A DNA stretch of 64,000 nt from contig CM069140.1 in assembly GCA_035221665.1 (NCBI GenBank), forward strand, positions 4,898,001-4,962,000, in the 5' to 3' direction. Of this stretch, positions 63,156 to 64,000 are shown piece after piece. Positions within the stretch are counted from its first letter, which is position 1; each line of letters opens with the position of its first letter. Under the pieces are notes generated by a model, which saw only the letters and a program-made list of their open reading frames with translations, was not told the DNA's origin and ran no database searches. Source of the stretch: Okamejei kenojei. Lineage: Eukaryota. Both the position numbers and the translations under genes were made by a program.

Positions 63156-64000
63156 AGTGGGTGGTTCTCATTCTCTTGCCTATCCATTCTATCTCCCTGT
63201 TGTTGATCAGGGCCATGGAGGACAGCTGAGTCATCGGCCAATTTAAACATAGTGCTGATATGTCTATGGCATTTGGCCAGTCATATCACACACAGAGTAG
63301 AGCATGGGACAGAGTGTAGGAAAAAGGCCAGAACAAATCAGGGCTGGCACCCAATGACCAAGGAAGAGGGCCAATATGGCTCCATCCCCCCTTCTACCTT
63401 CAGAGTGACAAAGGGTTCCGACCCAAAACGTCATCCAGAGACACTGCCTGACCCACTCACTTACTCTAGCACTGTCCATCTCCGGTATTGTCCAGCTTCC
63501 ATAGTTCCTTTCTACACATTGCAACCAAGGTCTGCCAGTCAGGAAGTCCAGAAGCATTTGCAGGTGGAAGCCCCAAGGCCAAGTTACAGAAGTTGAGGGA
63601 TGAGCTGAGTTGGTATCATAGTGTTGAAGGCTGAGCGTTAGTCATGGACAAGCTGATGTTCCTAATGTCAACGTGATTCAGAGCTGACTGCAGTATCATA
63701 AGATATGAGTAGAATTAGGCCATTCGGCCCATCAAGTCTACTCCGCCATTCAATCATGGCTGATCTATCTCTCCCTCCTAACCCCATTCTCCTGCCTTCT
63801 GCCCATAATCTCTGACACCCGCACTAATCAAGAATCTATCAATCACTGTCTTAAATATATCCACTGACTTGGCTTCCACAGCCTTCAGTGGCAAAGAATT
63901 CCACAGAGTCACCACCCTTTGACTAAATAAATGTCTCCACATCTCCTTCCTAAAAGAACAACCCTTAATTCTAGGGCTGTCCCACTTGGGCGACCTAATC

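Overview
Eukaryotic, repeat-dense vertebrate DNA. HE1-type V-SINEs and HER1/CR1 LINEs point to a cartilaginous fish, probably a skate or ray (inference). One clear host gene is present: an intact single-exon APOBEC4 CDS (56707-57810, +, 367 aa, HPE...PCx6C zinc motif). By human synteny the rest may be intron of an antisense RGL1, but I could not identify an RGL1 coding exon. The remainder is mostly transposable elements: a near full-length young CR1 LINE (43392-48125, -), a truncated CR1 abutting a Rex1/Babar fragment, many V-SINEs, Penelope-like element (PLE) remnants, hAT and Harbinger MITEs, a Helitron-like element and minisatellites, plus two assembly gaps. The most interesting signal is self-cleaving RNA. 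(1) A ~125-136 bp TSD-flanked retroposon (two copies, 3413-3548 and 58312-58436) starts with a compact 54-nt HDV-like ribozyme; the copy ~0.5 kb downstream of APOBEC4 keeps every catalytic feature. (2) About 25 minimal hammerhead motifs lie in PLE terminal repeats, often as inverted pairs. (3) A possible third, 5'-truncated HDV-like fold sits in an RTE-like element. Repeat family names are from recognition, not database searches, and many repeat boundaries are approximate.
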